Assembly (NCBI GenBank): GCA_041687805.1
Contig: JBDNJK010000084.1
Span: forward strand, 2,965-66,964
Length of the DNA: 64,000 nt
Direction: 5' to 3'
DNA from: Acidimicrobiales bacterium
GTDB lineage: Bacteria > Actinomycetota > Acidimicrobiia > Acidimicrobiales > Aldehydirespiratoraceae
The position numbers and the translations under genes are program-made. Of the stretch, positions 9,685 to 19,281 are shown piece after piece (positions within the stretch are counted from its first letter, which is position 1; each line of letters starts with the position of its first letter). The notes under the pieces are model-generated. The model saw only the letters and a program-made list of their open reading frames with translations, had not been told where the DNA came from and did not search any database.

Positions 9685-10738
9685 GTTCCACCCTCATCAC
9701 ATGAGCGGGCTTTGCTCCCGGCGGCAACCCAGAAGCCGCCGTCAACAGACTCTGTGACTGCGGCAGCGCGTCCAGCAGCGCTCCGGCGCGGCCCGGATCT
9801 AGCTCCGAGAAGACGTCATCGAGCAGGAGCACCGGAGACCAACCAGCGCTACGGCTAACAGCATCAACCGCCAGACGCATCGCCAGGGCCAGAGATCTCT
9901 GCTCACCTTGTGAGGCGTGGGTTCGTGCCGGCACGCCGCCTATCGACAAGTCGAGTTCGTCACGGTGAGGACCAATAGTCGATACTCCACGCCTCAAATC
10001 GACTTGGCGAGACTCGGCCAAAGCGTCAGACAGGTCTCCCTCCCAGCTCGACAAGTATTCGATCCGAACCTCCGCGGCGCGTCGGGCGACATTGTCATAT
10101 GAGGCCCGAAGTTGAGGTCGGATCTCATCAAGCAGCTCCAAACGAGCCCGTCGAACCGATTCACCCACCTCGGCCAACTTCGAATCCCACACATCGAGCG
10201 TGTATTCGGCGTCGGCATCCAAACGCCCGCCAGAAGAACGCAGCAACGCGTTGCGCTGCTTCAGAACCCGCTCCAAATCCGATCTGAGAGCATCGTGGCG
10301 GCGATGCCTCCCGACAAGAGCGTCGTCGATCCAGCGCCGTCTGAGAGCCGGTCCGACCTTGACAAGAGACAGATCGTCGGGAGAGAACACGGTGACTCGA
10401 ACTACGCCAAGAAGGTCGCGGTTGCGTTGGACCCTCTGACGATTGATCTGAACGCGATTTCGCCCGATACGTGGTAGCTCGGCCTCGACCAGTTGTTCTC
10501 GTCCATCGTCGGATTGCACAGTTGCTCTCATCACCGCCGAATCGGCGCCGATTCGGATGAGAGCATCGTCGGAAACACCACGGAAACTGCCGGCACCAGA
10601 TAGCCAACCGATCGCTTCGATCAGATTCGACTTTCCCTGCCCGTTCTCACCCACGATGGCGGTGAGTCCAGGTCCGAGCTCCACGTCGGCCAGGTGATAG
10701 TTGCGAAAGTTTTCGAGATGAAGAGCGCGCACCAACAC
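9662..10738 (-). CDS. recF: DNA replication/repair protein RecF
   Basis: NFRNY, GENGQGKSN, GPHRDE, SQGEQR and LLLDDVFSELD motifs. Confidence 0.97.
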   Translation of the reverse strand: MLVRALHLENFRNYHLADVELGPGLTAIVGENGQGKSNLIEAIGWLSGAGSFRGVSDDALIRIGADSAVMRATVQSDDGREQLVEAELPRIGRNRVQINRQRVQRNRDLLGVVRVTVFSPDDLSLVKVGPALRRRWIDDALVGRHRRHDALRSDLERVLKQRNALLRSSGGRLDADAEYTLDVWDSKLAEVGESVRRARLELLDEIRPQLRASYDNVARRAAEVRIEYLSSWEGDLSDALAESRQVDLRRGVSTIGPHRDELDLSIGGVPARTHASQGEQRSLALAMRLAVDAVSRSAGWSPVLLLDDVFSELDPGRAGALLDALPQSQSLLTAASGLPPGAKPAHVMRVERGTITVE

Positions 10739-10752
10739 CGCGTGGCGGCCGG

Positions 10753-11853
10753 TCAGCTCACCCGCACCGGCATGAGGAGATAGAGAAAGTCTTCGTCCTC
10801 GACCGAGCGAAGCAAGGCAGGTTTGAGTTCGTCGACGGTTTCCAGGGTGATCTCATCGCCCGGAGCCACCTCAATGCCGTCGATCAGATACTCAGGGTTG
10901 AACGCAACGGTGAGGTCTTCGCCTTGATACGCAGCAGGCATCGATTCGTGGGCCTGCCCAACGTCCTGGGTAACGGCCACCAATTCAAGACCATCAGATG
11001 ACATCGAAAGACGAATGGGTGTGGATTCCTGAGCCATGAGGCGCACTCGCTTCACCGCTTCGAGCAACGCACCGCGATCAATCGTGAGTCGATTGGGGTG
11101 ATTGGTCGGAATCAAACCTCGGTAGTTGGGAAAATCGCCTTCGATCAATCGAGTGGTGACTGACACGTTGGCGACCTCGAAGCTGGCTTCCTGGGTGCCC
11201 AATCTCAAGGTGAGCTCCTCGGAGTCACCGATCAGGCGACTCAGCTCCAACAAAGATTTGCTTGGTACCAAGACCTTCTGTCCCTCGCCGAGAATTGATG
11301 TTCCGGCCAGATCACACACCGACAAGCGGTAGGAGTCGGTCGAGACCAGTCGGAGACCGTCGTTTTCGGCAGCCATCAAAACACCGGTGAGAATCGGCCT
11401 GGCATCATCGGACGACGCCGACTTGACCACCTGCTGGAGCGCTGATCGAAACGCCGCACCATCGAGCGTGACGGCATCACCCTCTGGAGCGCTGATCTCA
11501 GGAAAATCATCAGCCGGAATGGTGCGAATCGCGAACTCTGAGGGAGCTGACACGATGCTGAGCTCGTCGTTCTCCATCGTGACTTCCACCGCGCCTGGCC
11601 TCAAGGACCGCACAACATCAGTGATCAGCTTGGCCGGAGCCACCACAACGCCATCCTCGGCGCCAGCCACCGTGGTCTTGGCTGTGATGGTGAGATCGAG
11701 ATCGCTGCCGGTGACCGTGAGGAGATCACCGGACAACACGAGGTGTAATCCGGACAACACCGGAAGAACGCCACCTCTCGTACTCACGGCGTGTCCCGCT
11801 GAGATGAGGGCGTTCTGCAGGATGTCTCGTTCGCAGCGAAACTTCATACCCAT
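10753..11853 (-). CDS. dnaN: DNA polymerase III beta clamp
   Basis: RPILTGV, STDSYRL, RLIEGDFPNY and C-terminal LLMPVR. Confidence 0.97.
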   Translation of the reverse strand: MGMKFRCERDILQNALISAGHAVSTRGGVLPVLSGLHLVLSGDLLTVTGSDLDLTITAKTTVAGAEDGVVVAPAKLITDVVRSLRPGAVEVTMENDELSIVSAPSEFAIRTIPADDFPEISAPEGDAVTLDGAAFRSALQQVVKSASSDDARPILTGVLMAAENDGLRLVSTDSYRLSVCDLAGTSILGEGQKVLVPSKSLLELSRLIGDSEELTLRLGTQEASFEVANVSVTTRLIEGDFPNYRGLIPTNHPNRLTIDRGALLEAVKRVRLMAQESTPIRLSMSSDGLELVAVTQDVGQAHESMPAAYQGEDLTVAFNPEYLIDGIEVAPGDEITLETVDELKPALLRSVEDEDFLYLLMPVRVS

Positions 11854-12093
11854 GGTGCTGTTACTTCTTCCGGTTGTATGTAATCCAAGTAATAGAAGTT
11901 CATAGGGCTTGTGGATTGTGGATTATGGCCGCTTTGGCTTGCAATGACAACGATCGCGTTTCCCCAAGATCTCCAACGTGTGTCACAGGTTGGGCTGTCT
12001 GAGAAGCCGGGTGGTGGATGGAGGCACAGTTGTGCTCCTCGCGTCCACGGCCCGGGAGCAGGCTTTCCACAGATGTTTCTACAGAGGTTGAAC
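11854..12093. other. Replication origin oriC (dnaA-dnaN intergenic region)
   Basis: Tandem DnaA-box-like TGTGGATTG/TGTGGATTA at 11910-11925, then a GC motif and an AT-rich trio-like tract toward dnaN; further degenerate boxes such as CTTTCCACA. Confidence 0.8.
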
Positions 12094-13494
12094 TCATGAC
12101 GGATGATTGAGTCGGTGTTGAAGCTCGGTCACCTTGTCGAAGATCTTCTGTCGCTCCCCCATCCGAGCCTCAATCTTGCGCACCGCATGCATCACCGTGG
12201 TGTGATCGCGGTTGCCGAATGATTTACCGATCTGGGGATAGGACATGTCGGTGCTGTTACGCGTGACATACATCGCGATTTGGCGAGCATCCACGAGAGG
12301 CCTCTGGCGACTCCCACCGGTGAGCTGATCGACTGTGAAGCCGAACATGTCGGCTGTGTGGTCGATGATCAGTGAGGCAGTGACAGGAGGCTTTGCGGAT
12401 TTGCTGATGAGGTCGGCCAGCACCATCGAGGCCAAGTCGGCTGTGAGATGCTCATGAGTGAGGTTGGAAAATGCCGTAACCTTTATGAGCGCTCCCTCAA
12501 GTTCGCGTATGGAGTCGGTGATGTTCTCGGCGATGAACGAAAACACCTCACTGGGTATCTCGAGGGTTTGAGATCCGGCCTTCTTGTGAAGGATTGCCAA
12601 CCGAGTTTCCAGGTCTGGTGGTTGGATATCGGTGATCAACCCCCACTTGAACCGACTACGAAGTCGATCTTCGAGAGTCGGAATGGCATCGGGTGTGCGA
12701 TCAGATGACAACACAATCTGTTTGTTGTTCTGGTGTAGCTCGTTGAATGTGTGGAAGAACTCTTCTTGGAAGCCGTCCTTGCCTTCCATGAATTGAATGT
12801 CGTCAACCAACAGCACGTCGTTCTCGCGGTACCTGCGCTTGAAGTCGGGCAGGTTGTTGGTTCGAATAGCTTCGACGAACTCGTTGAGAAATGTCTCAGA
12901 CGAGACGTAACGAACCTTCGACTCTGGGTAGTGATGGCTCACGTAGTGGGCGATGCCTCGTAGAAGGTGAGTCTTGCCAAGGCCGGAATCTCCGTAGATG
13001 AACAACGGGTTGTAGCTCATCGCCGGTGTTTCGGCTACAGCGAGTGCCGCGGCATGAGCGAAACGATTTGAGGGGCCAATCACGAAATGCTCGAACGTGA
13101 ATTTTTCGTTGATGCTTTCGCGGTTGAGCCCGTTGATCACAGCTGGCGGCGGTTTGACTCCGTAGCTGAGGTCGGGGGCGGGGACGTCGAACGCAACGTC
13201 GTCCCAGTCGGTTTGGATCTCAACTCTTACCTTGCACGGGTTGTCTGACTCATCGATCGCGTCCTGGACCAAGCCCATGTAGCGACCTTCGATCCTTTCC
13301 TTTTGAAGGCCATTGGGTACTACAAGTACCAAGTCGCCTTCGTCGAAGGCGACCGCACGAGCCCCGCTGAACGTTGTGTTCCATACCGCGTCGCTCACTT
13401 GGGAGCGAATAGATTCCGAACAATTACCCCACAGCCGGTCGGCGTCCTCGGATTCTCCCACTCGTATCAATCCTGTCTCCACAGTGTCGTCCAC
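12094..13494 (-). CDS. dnaA: Chromosomal replication initiator DnaA
   Basis: YNPLFIYGDSGLGKTHL, LLVDDIQF, QEEFFHTFN and RDHTTVMHA motifs. Confidence 0.98.
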   Translation of the reverse strand: MDDTVETGLIRVGESEDADRLWGNCSESIRSQVSDAVWNTTFSGARAVAFDEGDLVLVVPNGLQKERIEGRYMGLVQDAIDESDNPCKVRVEIQTDWDDVAFDVPAPDLSYGVKPPPAVINGLNRESINEKFTFEHFVIGPSNRFAHAAALAVAETPAMSYNPLFIYGDSGLGKTHLLRGIAHYVSHHYPESKVRYVSSETFLNEFVEAIRTNNLPDFKRRYRENDVLLVDDIQFMEGKDGFQEEFFHTFNELHQNNKQIVLSSDRTPDAIPTLEDRLRSRFKWGLITDIQPPDLETRLAILHKKAGSQTLEIPSEVFSFIAENITDSIRELEGALIKVTAFSNLTHEHLTADLASMVLADLISKSAKPPVTASLIIDHTADMFGFTVDQLTGGSRQRPLVDARQIAMYVTRNSTDMSYPQIGKSFGNRDHTTVMHAVRKIEARMGERQKIFDKVTELQHRLNHPS

Positions 13495-13506
13495 AGGTGT
13501 GGACGA
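13487..13506. promoter_or_regulatory. Inverted DnaA-box pair over the dnaA start
   Basis: TCGTCCACA-GG-TGTGGACGA; other degenerate boxes lie nearby. Confidence 0.6.
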
Positions 13507-13889
13507 GGTAAGGCAAGTTCTTTGTATTCCAATCGTTTACGGGCCGGGCCAACCTCGCTCGACATCGTCCACCGATGGGTTGGCGAACGTAGCAGTGCTG
13601 TGGACAGCCGCAACTCGGAGATTTGCGACGTATCAAAACCCCTGCTCAGAGGGTCTATTTAACGATGTAATTACATTATTGGAAGATCCATTACACTATT
13701 GTCGTTCTCGGCCTACTTATTGCTTGATCGATAAACATCAGCGAGCGCTTATATTGTCGCATTGTGCGTCGTGGTTGCCGCGGTGATGATCCGACCATAC
13801 GGTTATGCGCTGACGTCAACGGTTTCCATACCCCCGAAACCGAATTTTGCCTTCGCCGGTGTCCTGTCGAAGGCCTTCCGGAGGAAGAC

Positions 13890-14024
13890 ATGAAGCGCCC
13901 CTACCAACCCAACACCCGCAAGCGGAGCAAGAAGCATGGCTTTCGCTCCCGGATGAGCACACGCGCCGGCCGTGCTGTGCTTCGGTCCCGTCGCCAGAAG
14001 GGCCGCGCCCGTCTTTCGGCGTGA
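13890..14024 (+). CDS. rpmH: 50S ribosomal protein L34
   Basis: [21 protein letters not shown]...RR.KGR.RLSA; GGAGG RBS. Confidence 0.97.
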   Translation: MKRPYQPNTRKRSKKHGFRSRMSTRAGRAVLRSRRQKGRARLSA

Positions 14025-14356
14025 TCAAAAGTCTTTCGGATCGCCGTTCGTTTCAACGGCTGCGATCGCGTGGAGTGAAATGTGGTCGAGGTCCCATAAG
14101 GATCGTCCACCTATCCATTCCTGGTGATCCAGTACGAGTAGCGTTTGCCATTCCCCGATTGGTGGGTGGCGCAGTGGTCAGGAATCGGATCAGGCGACGG
14201 ATCAAAGCCGTGCTACGAGAGTTGTCCATGAAATCAGCAGGTTCATTGCCTGGAGGCGACTACCTCATTCGGATCACCGCGCCTCTTGATCGCTTCGATC
14301 ACAACGCACTGACTCGAGCGATTACCGAACTGGTTTCTGAGAAGAGGCTGGCATGA
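14021..14356 (+). CDS. rnpA: RNase P protein component
   Basis: RNR motif [12 protein letters not shown]; GTGA overlap with rpmH. Confidence 0.9.
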   Translation: MIKSLSDRRSFQRLRSRGVKCGRGPIRIVHLSIPGDPVRVAFAIPRLVGGAVVRNRIRRRIKAVLRELSMKSAGSLPGGDYLIRITAPLDRFDHNALTRAITELVSEKRLA

Positions 14357-14595
14357 CGCCGGCGGCTCGTCTTTTGCGCAAGGCAGCACGTGGTTACCAA
14401 CGGCTGTTTGCCGGTCGGCCGTCGCCGTGTCGTTACGAGCCATCGTGCTCCACCTATGCCATCGAGGCCGTGGAGACACATGGCGCGTTCAGGGGCGGAT
14501 GGTTCGCAACAAAACGAATTTGCCGGTGTCACCCTTGGGGTGGCCACGGTTGGGACCCAGTCCCTGAAGCCAGGGAGCATCAATGTTCAACCTGA
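14353..14595 (+). CDS. yidD: Membrane protein insertion efficiency factor YidD
   Basis: [11 protein letters not shown]...HG...RICRCHPW...DPVP. Confidence 0.93.
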   Translation: MTPAARLLRKAARGYQRLFAGRPSPCRYEPSCSTYAIEAVETHGAFRGGWFATKRICRCHPWGGHGWDPVPEAREHQCST

Positions 14596-15767
14596 TTTTC
14601 GACAGCATCGCAGGATTGGTGGCGTGGTTCTATTCGATATGGCCGTCATACGGCATGTCGGTGGCCTTCCTCACGTTGGCGGTGATGGTGTTCGTGACGC
14701 CGCTCACGCTGAAGAGCACCAAATCGATGCTGCAGATGCAAAGGCTTCAGCCAGAACTGAAGGCGATTCAGGCTCGTTACAAAGACGATCGCCAGAAGAT
14801 GAACGAAGAGTTGATGAAGTTCTACCAAGAGAACGGCATCAATCCCTTGGGCGGCTGTCTGCCGATGATCATCCAAATGCCTGTGTTCTTGGTGTTGTTC
14901 AGAGTGGTACGCGGCCTCACCCGCCGTGCCACTGATGTTGGTCAACAGTTTGGTTGGACGGCGGGCCATGGCAACGGAGCGAGCACCATAGCGTCGAGCG
15001 AACGTGTGTTCGATCCAGACAACGTGAGTCTTACCAGCAAGCTCTACGAGAATCTGCATACCCATACTGAGATGGTGTCGTGGGGGATCGATCTCTCACG
15101 TTCAGCTCAAGATGTGATGCGTGAGAGCATCGTCTCCGCGCTCCCCTACTTCGTACTCATCGCCATTGTGCTGGTGAGTAGCATTTACCAACAGCGACAG
15201 ATTCAAGGCCGCAACACCGGTTCTCAGGTCAACTCGCAACAGCAGATGATCATGAAGATCATGCCGTTCATGCTGCCGGTGTTCAGCTTCACAATGCCGG
15301 CGGCGTTGGTTGTGTACTTCGTCATCTCAAACGTCTACCGGATTGGCCAGCAGGGATACATCACGCATTCCCTCTACAGCGGAGAAGAAAGTCTCGGCGC
15401 CCAGATCGCCAAGCAGCGCAAATCCGATTCCAGTGATTCAAAGGGCTCGGGGGCCAAAGAGGCCAAGAGTTCCGCCGAGCAGTCGAAGTCGTCGCGTGGC
15501 GGATCGACGTCGGGCAATAAGGACCTGTCTGCCAAGCGACTCCGGAGCGACCGTGCTCCCAAGGAGCAGCCGGAGAAGTCCAAGACCAAGAAGGCAAAGC
15601 CGACGAAACCGAAGGCGAAGGGTAGCCGTCGCTCCCCCGCCGCCGGCGGCAAGTCGGCGAGTCGCAAGGATCGACAGGGTGGCCGTACCGGCAAAGCGCC
15701 AACACGTGCCAAGGGAGGTCGGACGACCGACCCAGGAAGCCCACAACACCGCAAACGAAAGAAGTAG
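14583..15767 (+). CDS. yidC: Membrane protein insertase YidC with a long basic C-terminal tail
   Basis: [23 protein letters not shown] and YFVISN motifs. Confidence 0.93.
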   Translation: MFNLIFDSIAGLVAWFYSIWPSYGMSVAFLTLAVMVFVTPLTLKSTKSMLQMQRLQPELKAIQARYKDDRQKMNEELMKFYQENGINPLGGCLPMIIQMPVFLVLFRVVRGLTRRATDVGQQFGWTAGHGNGASTIASSERVFDPDNVSLTSKLYENLHTHTEMVSWGIDLSRSAQDVMRESIVSALPYFVLIAIVLVSSIYQQRQIQGRNTGSQVNSQQQMIMKIMPFMLPVFSFTMPAALVVYFVISNVYRIGQQGYITHSLYSGEESLGAQIAKQRKSDSSDSKGSGAKEAKSSAEQSKSSRGGSTSGNKDLSAKRLRSDRAPKEQPEKSKTKKAKPTKPKAKGSRRSPAAGGKSASRKDRQGGRTGKAPTRAKGGRTTDPGSPQHRKRKK

Positions 15768-15837
15768 GACTTGTCGTCGTGGACCCCAGGTGGTCCCGAC
15801 CTTCACGACGAGTTCGATTAACCAGGGAGGAAATATT

Positions 15838-16752
15838 GTGGATTGGGTAGAAGGTATTGGGATCTCCGTTGAGGAGGCCAAGAGCATGGCGCTCGAGGCA
15901 CTTGGAGTTCACGAAGATGATGCCGAGTTCGAAGTTTTGGCCGAGGCAAAGTTGGGTTTGTTCAATCGAGTAAAAGAAAAGGCTCGGGTTCGTGTCCGAG
16001 TAAAACCGGCGACGCCAAGGGCAAAGGACGACCGTAGGCGTCGTCGCAGCCGTTCAGGCAGTAAAGATTCGCACGAATCATCGAATAGGGGAGAGAAGTC
16101 CTCTAACAACGGCGGAAGGAACCAACGGAAGTCTTCCGATTCTCGACCTCAAACGGATCATAAATCCGATGAGTCGGCGCCGAAGAAGAAGTCCGGCGGG
16201 CAGCAAGGCAGGAATCGCAAGAAGGACGACGGCAGGGACGCTGCCCCCAACTCCAAGGATGAGAATATGGAAACAATGACACTTGTCGAGCAGGCCGATG
16301 TGGCCGAGGCATTTGTAACTGGTCTGGCTGCCGAGTTCGGGCAGACAGTGACGTTCGAGCGGCGGGATGTCGACGAAAATGAGATTCGAATCACGGTCAA
16401 CGGAGACATTCTGGGCCGAATGATTGGTCGTCATGGCGCTACCGCCAACGCCATCGATGAGCTGGTCCGCACGGTTCTCCAGCGTCAGGCCGGGGGTGGA
16501 CGCGACGGTCGAGTGAGAATCGATATCGGTGGTGTGGCCAGTCGTAGAGAAGATGCGCTTCGTGCGTTCTGCGTCAAGATCGCCGCTCAGGTACGTGAAT
16601 CTGGCAAGGAAGTTGCTCTGGAGCCGATGAGGGGATCGGACCGCAAGGTTGTCCATGATGCCATGACATCAGAGGACGGTGTCGGCACTATTTCCGAGGG
16701 CGAAGACCCCAATCGCAGGGTTGTTGTAGTTACTGCAGGTAATGACGACTGA
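15838..16752 (+). CDS. jag: Jag/EloR RNA-binding protein (Jag_N, KH, R3H)
   Basis: GGAGG RBS before GTG at 15838; IGRHG KH loop; R3H motif RKVVH; SEGEDP.RRV. Confidence 0.9.
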   Translation: MDWVEGIGISVEEAKSMALEALGVHEDDAEFEVLAEAKLGLFNRVKEKARVRVRVKPATPRAKDDRRRRRSRSGSKDSHESSNRGEKSSNNGGRNQRKSSDSRPQTDHKSDESAPKKKSGGQQGRNRKKDDGRDAAPNSKDENMETMTLVEQADVAEAFVTGLAAEFGQTVTFERRDVDENEIRITVNGDILGRMIGRHGATANAIDELVRTVLQRQAGGGRDGRVRIDIGGVASRREDALRAFCVKIAAQVRESGKEVALEPMRGSDRKVVHDAMTSEDGVGTISEGEDPNRRVVVVTAGNDD

Positions 16753-17377
16753 CGACTTCCTGTCGAAGCTCGATCTGGCATGGAAGCCGGCTCGAGCGAT
16801 GGGTGCCCTTGGCGGCGCCTCAGTTGCAGAATTGTGTGATCATGCGGCCGGGTTCATCCCGGCCGCTTTTCGCGTCGACTCCCCCACTAACTGCCTCGAT
16901 ATCGGCACAGGAGTCGGTCTGCCAGGCATTTTCTTGGCATTTGCCCTCCCCGAAAGCCGCTGGACATTACTGGACGCCAGTGAGCGGCGTTGTGAGATCG
17001 CGGCCCAGGCCGTCTCTGCTGTAGGTGTCGACCATCGTGTAGAGGTGGTTCATGGTCGTGCCGACGTACTCGCTCGTTCTAGTACGTCTCGACAAGGGTT
17101 CGATTTCGTGGTGAGCCGACTGTTCGGACCTATGTCGGAGACGATTGAGTGTGGTATGCCCTGTGTGAAGGTTGGCGGATCGCTCGTGGCGTCGTGTGCG
17201 GATGAGATGGTTGTGGCTTGGCAGAACGCTAGCTTGGCGGCCGTTGGCGGTCATTATGTTGGGTCATGGAAGTCTGACAGTGGTGTGTATGTTCGAGTCG
17301 ATGGTGTCAGTGGGCTAGAGGATCGGTTTCCTCGCCGGCCGGCAGCTCGCCGTCGCTCTCCCCTGTTTCCGCTCTGA
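16742..17377 (+). CDS. rsmG: 16S rRNA m7G527 methyltransferase
   Basis: LDIGTGVGLPG, LLDAS.RR and VVSR motifs; position before parA. Confidence 0.85.
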   Translation: MTTDDFLSKLDLAWKPARAMGALGGASVAELCDHAAGFIPAAFRVDSPTNCLDIGTGVGLPGIFLAFALPESRWTLLDASERRCEIAAQAVSAVGVDHRVEVVHGRADVLARSSTSRQGFDFVVSRLFGPMSETIECGMPCVKVGGSLVASCADEMVVAWQNASLAAVGGHYVGSWKSDSGVYVRVDGVSGLEDRFPRRPAARRRSPLFPL

Positions 17378-17386
17378 TATCCCGCT

Positions 17387-17412
17387 CGAGTTGTTTCACG
17401 TGAAACAACTCG
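17387..17412. other. parS centromere site inside a 26-bp perfect palindrome
   Basis: CGAGTTGTTTCACGTGAAACAACTCG contains the consensus TGTTTCACGTGAAACA, just upstream of parA. Confidence 0.95.
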
Positions 17413-17509
17413 GAGCCGGAACGCCAAACCGATAAACCCTGTCGATGGTCCTTGCAACTCGTCGATACATCGGGAAGGATTACGCGATTACCTGAAAGGT
17501 AGACGCTTA

Positions 17510-18310
17510 GTGTCGGAGGCTCACGAAAGTATGTCCAATCATTCCGGCCCGCGCATTTTCGCGGTAGCCAATCAGAAAGGTGGGGTGGGGAAGACCACAA
17601 CCACCGTGAATCTCGGTGCAACCATCGCCGATCTCGGCAAACGAGTCATGGTGATCGATCTCGATCCCCAAGCGAATGCCACCACCGGCCTTGGCTTGAA
17701 TCCCAGACAGCTCGACAACTCGATGTATGACGTGCTCCTCCAGGATTTGCCAATGGAAGATGTCGTCGAACCATCAGAGGTCAAAAATCTATTCGTGGCC
17801 CCGGCGAATCTCAATTTGGCAGGAGCCGAAATCGAGTTGGTGCCTGCATTCAGTCGAGAGCGAAAGCTCAAGGCGGCGATTGAGTCGGTAGCAAACGACT
17901 ACGACGTCTTTTTGATCGACTGTCCCCCATCGCTTGGGTTGTTGACCATCAATGGCCTGACCGCAGCCACCGAGGTACTGGTTCCGATTCAGACGGAGTA
18001 TTACGCGCTGGAGGGCCTTGGCCAACTACTGCGAAACGTCAACCTGGTGAAGCGTGATCTGAATCCCACACTGGAAATCAGCACCATTGTTCTTGTGATG
18101 TTCGATGCACGTACCAAGTTGTCGAGTCAAGTTTCGGCTGATGTGCGGGAACATTTCGGCGACAAGGTGTGTCGTCAGGTGATTCCCCGCTCGGTTCGCC
18201 TCAGCGAGGCTCCGAGTTTTGGACAGCCCATCACCATCTATGACCCGACATCTCGAGGGGCGATAGCGTATCGAGAATTGGCAAAGGAGATCATCAATGG
18301 CGCGTCGTAG
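17510..18310 (+). CDS. parA: Chromosome partitioning ATPase ParA/Soj
   Basis: NQKGGVGKTTT, DLDPQANAT, IDCPPSLG and EAPSFG motifs; start could be the ATG at 17531. Confidence 0.96.
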   Translation: MSEAHESMSNHSGPRIFAVANQKGGVGKTTTTVNLGATIADLGKRVMVIDLDPQANATTGLGLNPRQLDNSMYDVLLQDLPMEDVVEPSEVKNLFVAPANLNLAGAEIELVPAFSRERKLKAAIESVANDYDVFLIDCPPSLGLLTINGLTAATEVLVPIQTEYYALEGLGQLLRNVNLVKRDLNPTLEISTIVLVMFDARTKLSSQVSADVREHFGDKVCRQVIPRSVRLSEAPSFGQPITIYDPTSRGAIAYRELAKEIINGAS

Positions 18311-19190
18311 CGGTCTCGGCAAAGGTCTGAGCTCTCTCATTCCGGCTGATTTGGAGGGGGAAGGGGCCGTATACCGTGAGCTCGATATCGATTCGGTGGT
18401 CCCCAACAGGTACCAGCCGCGCGAACACTTCGACGAGGAGTCACTCAGTTCACTTGCTGCGTCGATCTCCGAGATAGGCGTAATCCAACCGATCGTGGTT
18501 CGTGAAGCCGACGGCGGCGGATACGAACTGATAGCGGGGGAGAGGCGGTGGCGCGCGGCGCGACGTGCCGGCATTCCTTCGATCCCGGCTTTGATACGTG
18601 GGGTCGATGATCTTGCCAGCCTGGAGACGGCGGTCGTCGAGAACCTGCATCGTCAAGATCTCAACGCACTTGAGGAGGCCTCGGCTTATCAACAGCTGAT
18701 CGAAGATTTCGGCCTTACCCAAGATTCCGTGTCCAAGAGGGTCGGTAGATCGCGTTCTGCGGTGGCCAACTCGATTCGTTTGCTACAACTACCTCCGTTG
18801 GTGCAGCAGTTGGTGATTGAATCCCAGATCTCGGCGGGACACGCACGGGCCCTGTTGGCCACACCGGATCGTGAACTACAGGAATCGATCGCCAAGAGGA
18901 TCGTTACCGAGAGTCTCACCGTACGACAGGTCGAGGAGCTGCTACGTGACGATGCCAGCGACCCGCAACCGGCAATTGAAATACCAGAAACGGATGACAA
19001 GCCACCCATACCGCGGGAGCTCCCAGAAGCTGGTGTGCTGGAATTGGAAGAACTTCTGTCTGCCCGGCTCGATACCAGGGTGAAAGTGAAGCTGGGGAAG
19101 GGCACCGGCCGACTGATGGTCGAGTTCGCCGATCTTGATGATCTGGAACGGATTTATCGAATTATCACTCCGCCAGGAACAGTCGTATAA
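18297..19190 (+). CDS. parB: Chromosome partitioning protein ParB
   Basis: GLGKGL, PNRYQPR, GERRWRA and ENLHRQDL motifs. Confidence 0.96.
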   Translation: MARRSGLGKGLSSLIPADLEGEGAVYRELDIDSVVPNRYQPREHFDEESLSSLAASISEIGVIQPIVVREADGGGYELIAGERRWRAARRAGIPSIPALIRGVDDLASLETAVVENLHRQDLNALEEASAYQQLIEDFGLTQDSVSKRVGRSRSAVANSIRLLQLPPLVQQLVIESQISAGHARALLATPDRELQESIAKRIVTESLTVRQVEELLRDDASDPQPAIEIPETDDKPPIPRELPEAGVLELEELLSARLDTRVKVKLGKGTGRLMVEFADLDDLERIYRIITPPGTVV

Positions 19191-19206
19191 GAGTGGTCAG
19201 ATTCGG

Positions 19207-19224
19207 ATGTGACATATGTCACAT
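19207..19224. promoter_or_regulatory. Perfect 18-bp palindrome matching the CRP/GlxR-type site TGTGA-N6-TCACA
   Basis: ATGTGACATATGTCACAT. Confidence 0.6.
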
Positions 19225-19243
19225 TAGGTTGAGGCTCAAGTAG

Positions 19244-19275
19244 TTATCCACCCCTATGGATAAGCCTGTGGATAA
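19244..19275. promoter_or_regulatory. Cluster of three DnaA boxes downstream of parB
   Basis: TTATCCACC, TATGGATAA and TGTGGATAA (the last is a perfect reverse complement of TTATCCACA). Confidence 0.75.
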
Positions 19276-19281
19276 CGATAT

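Noticed and set aside
15310-15837. 176-aa N-terminal extension of jag overlapping yidC
   Set aside because: Jag homology begins at GTG 15838 behind a GGAGG RBS; the extension is an alternative frame of the yidC tail.
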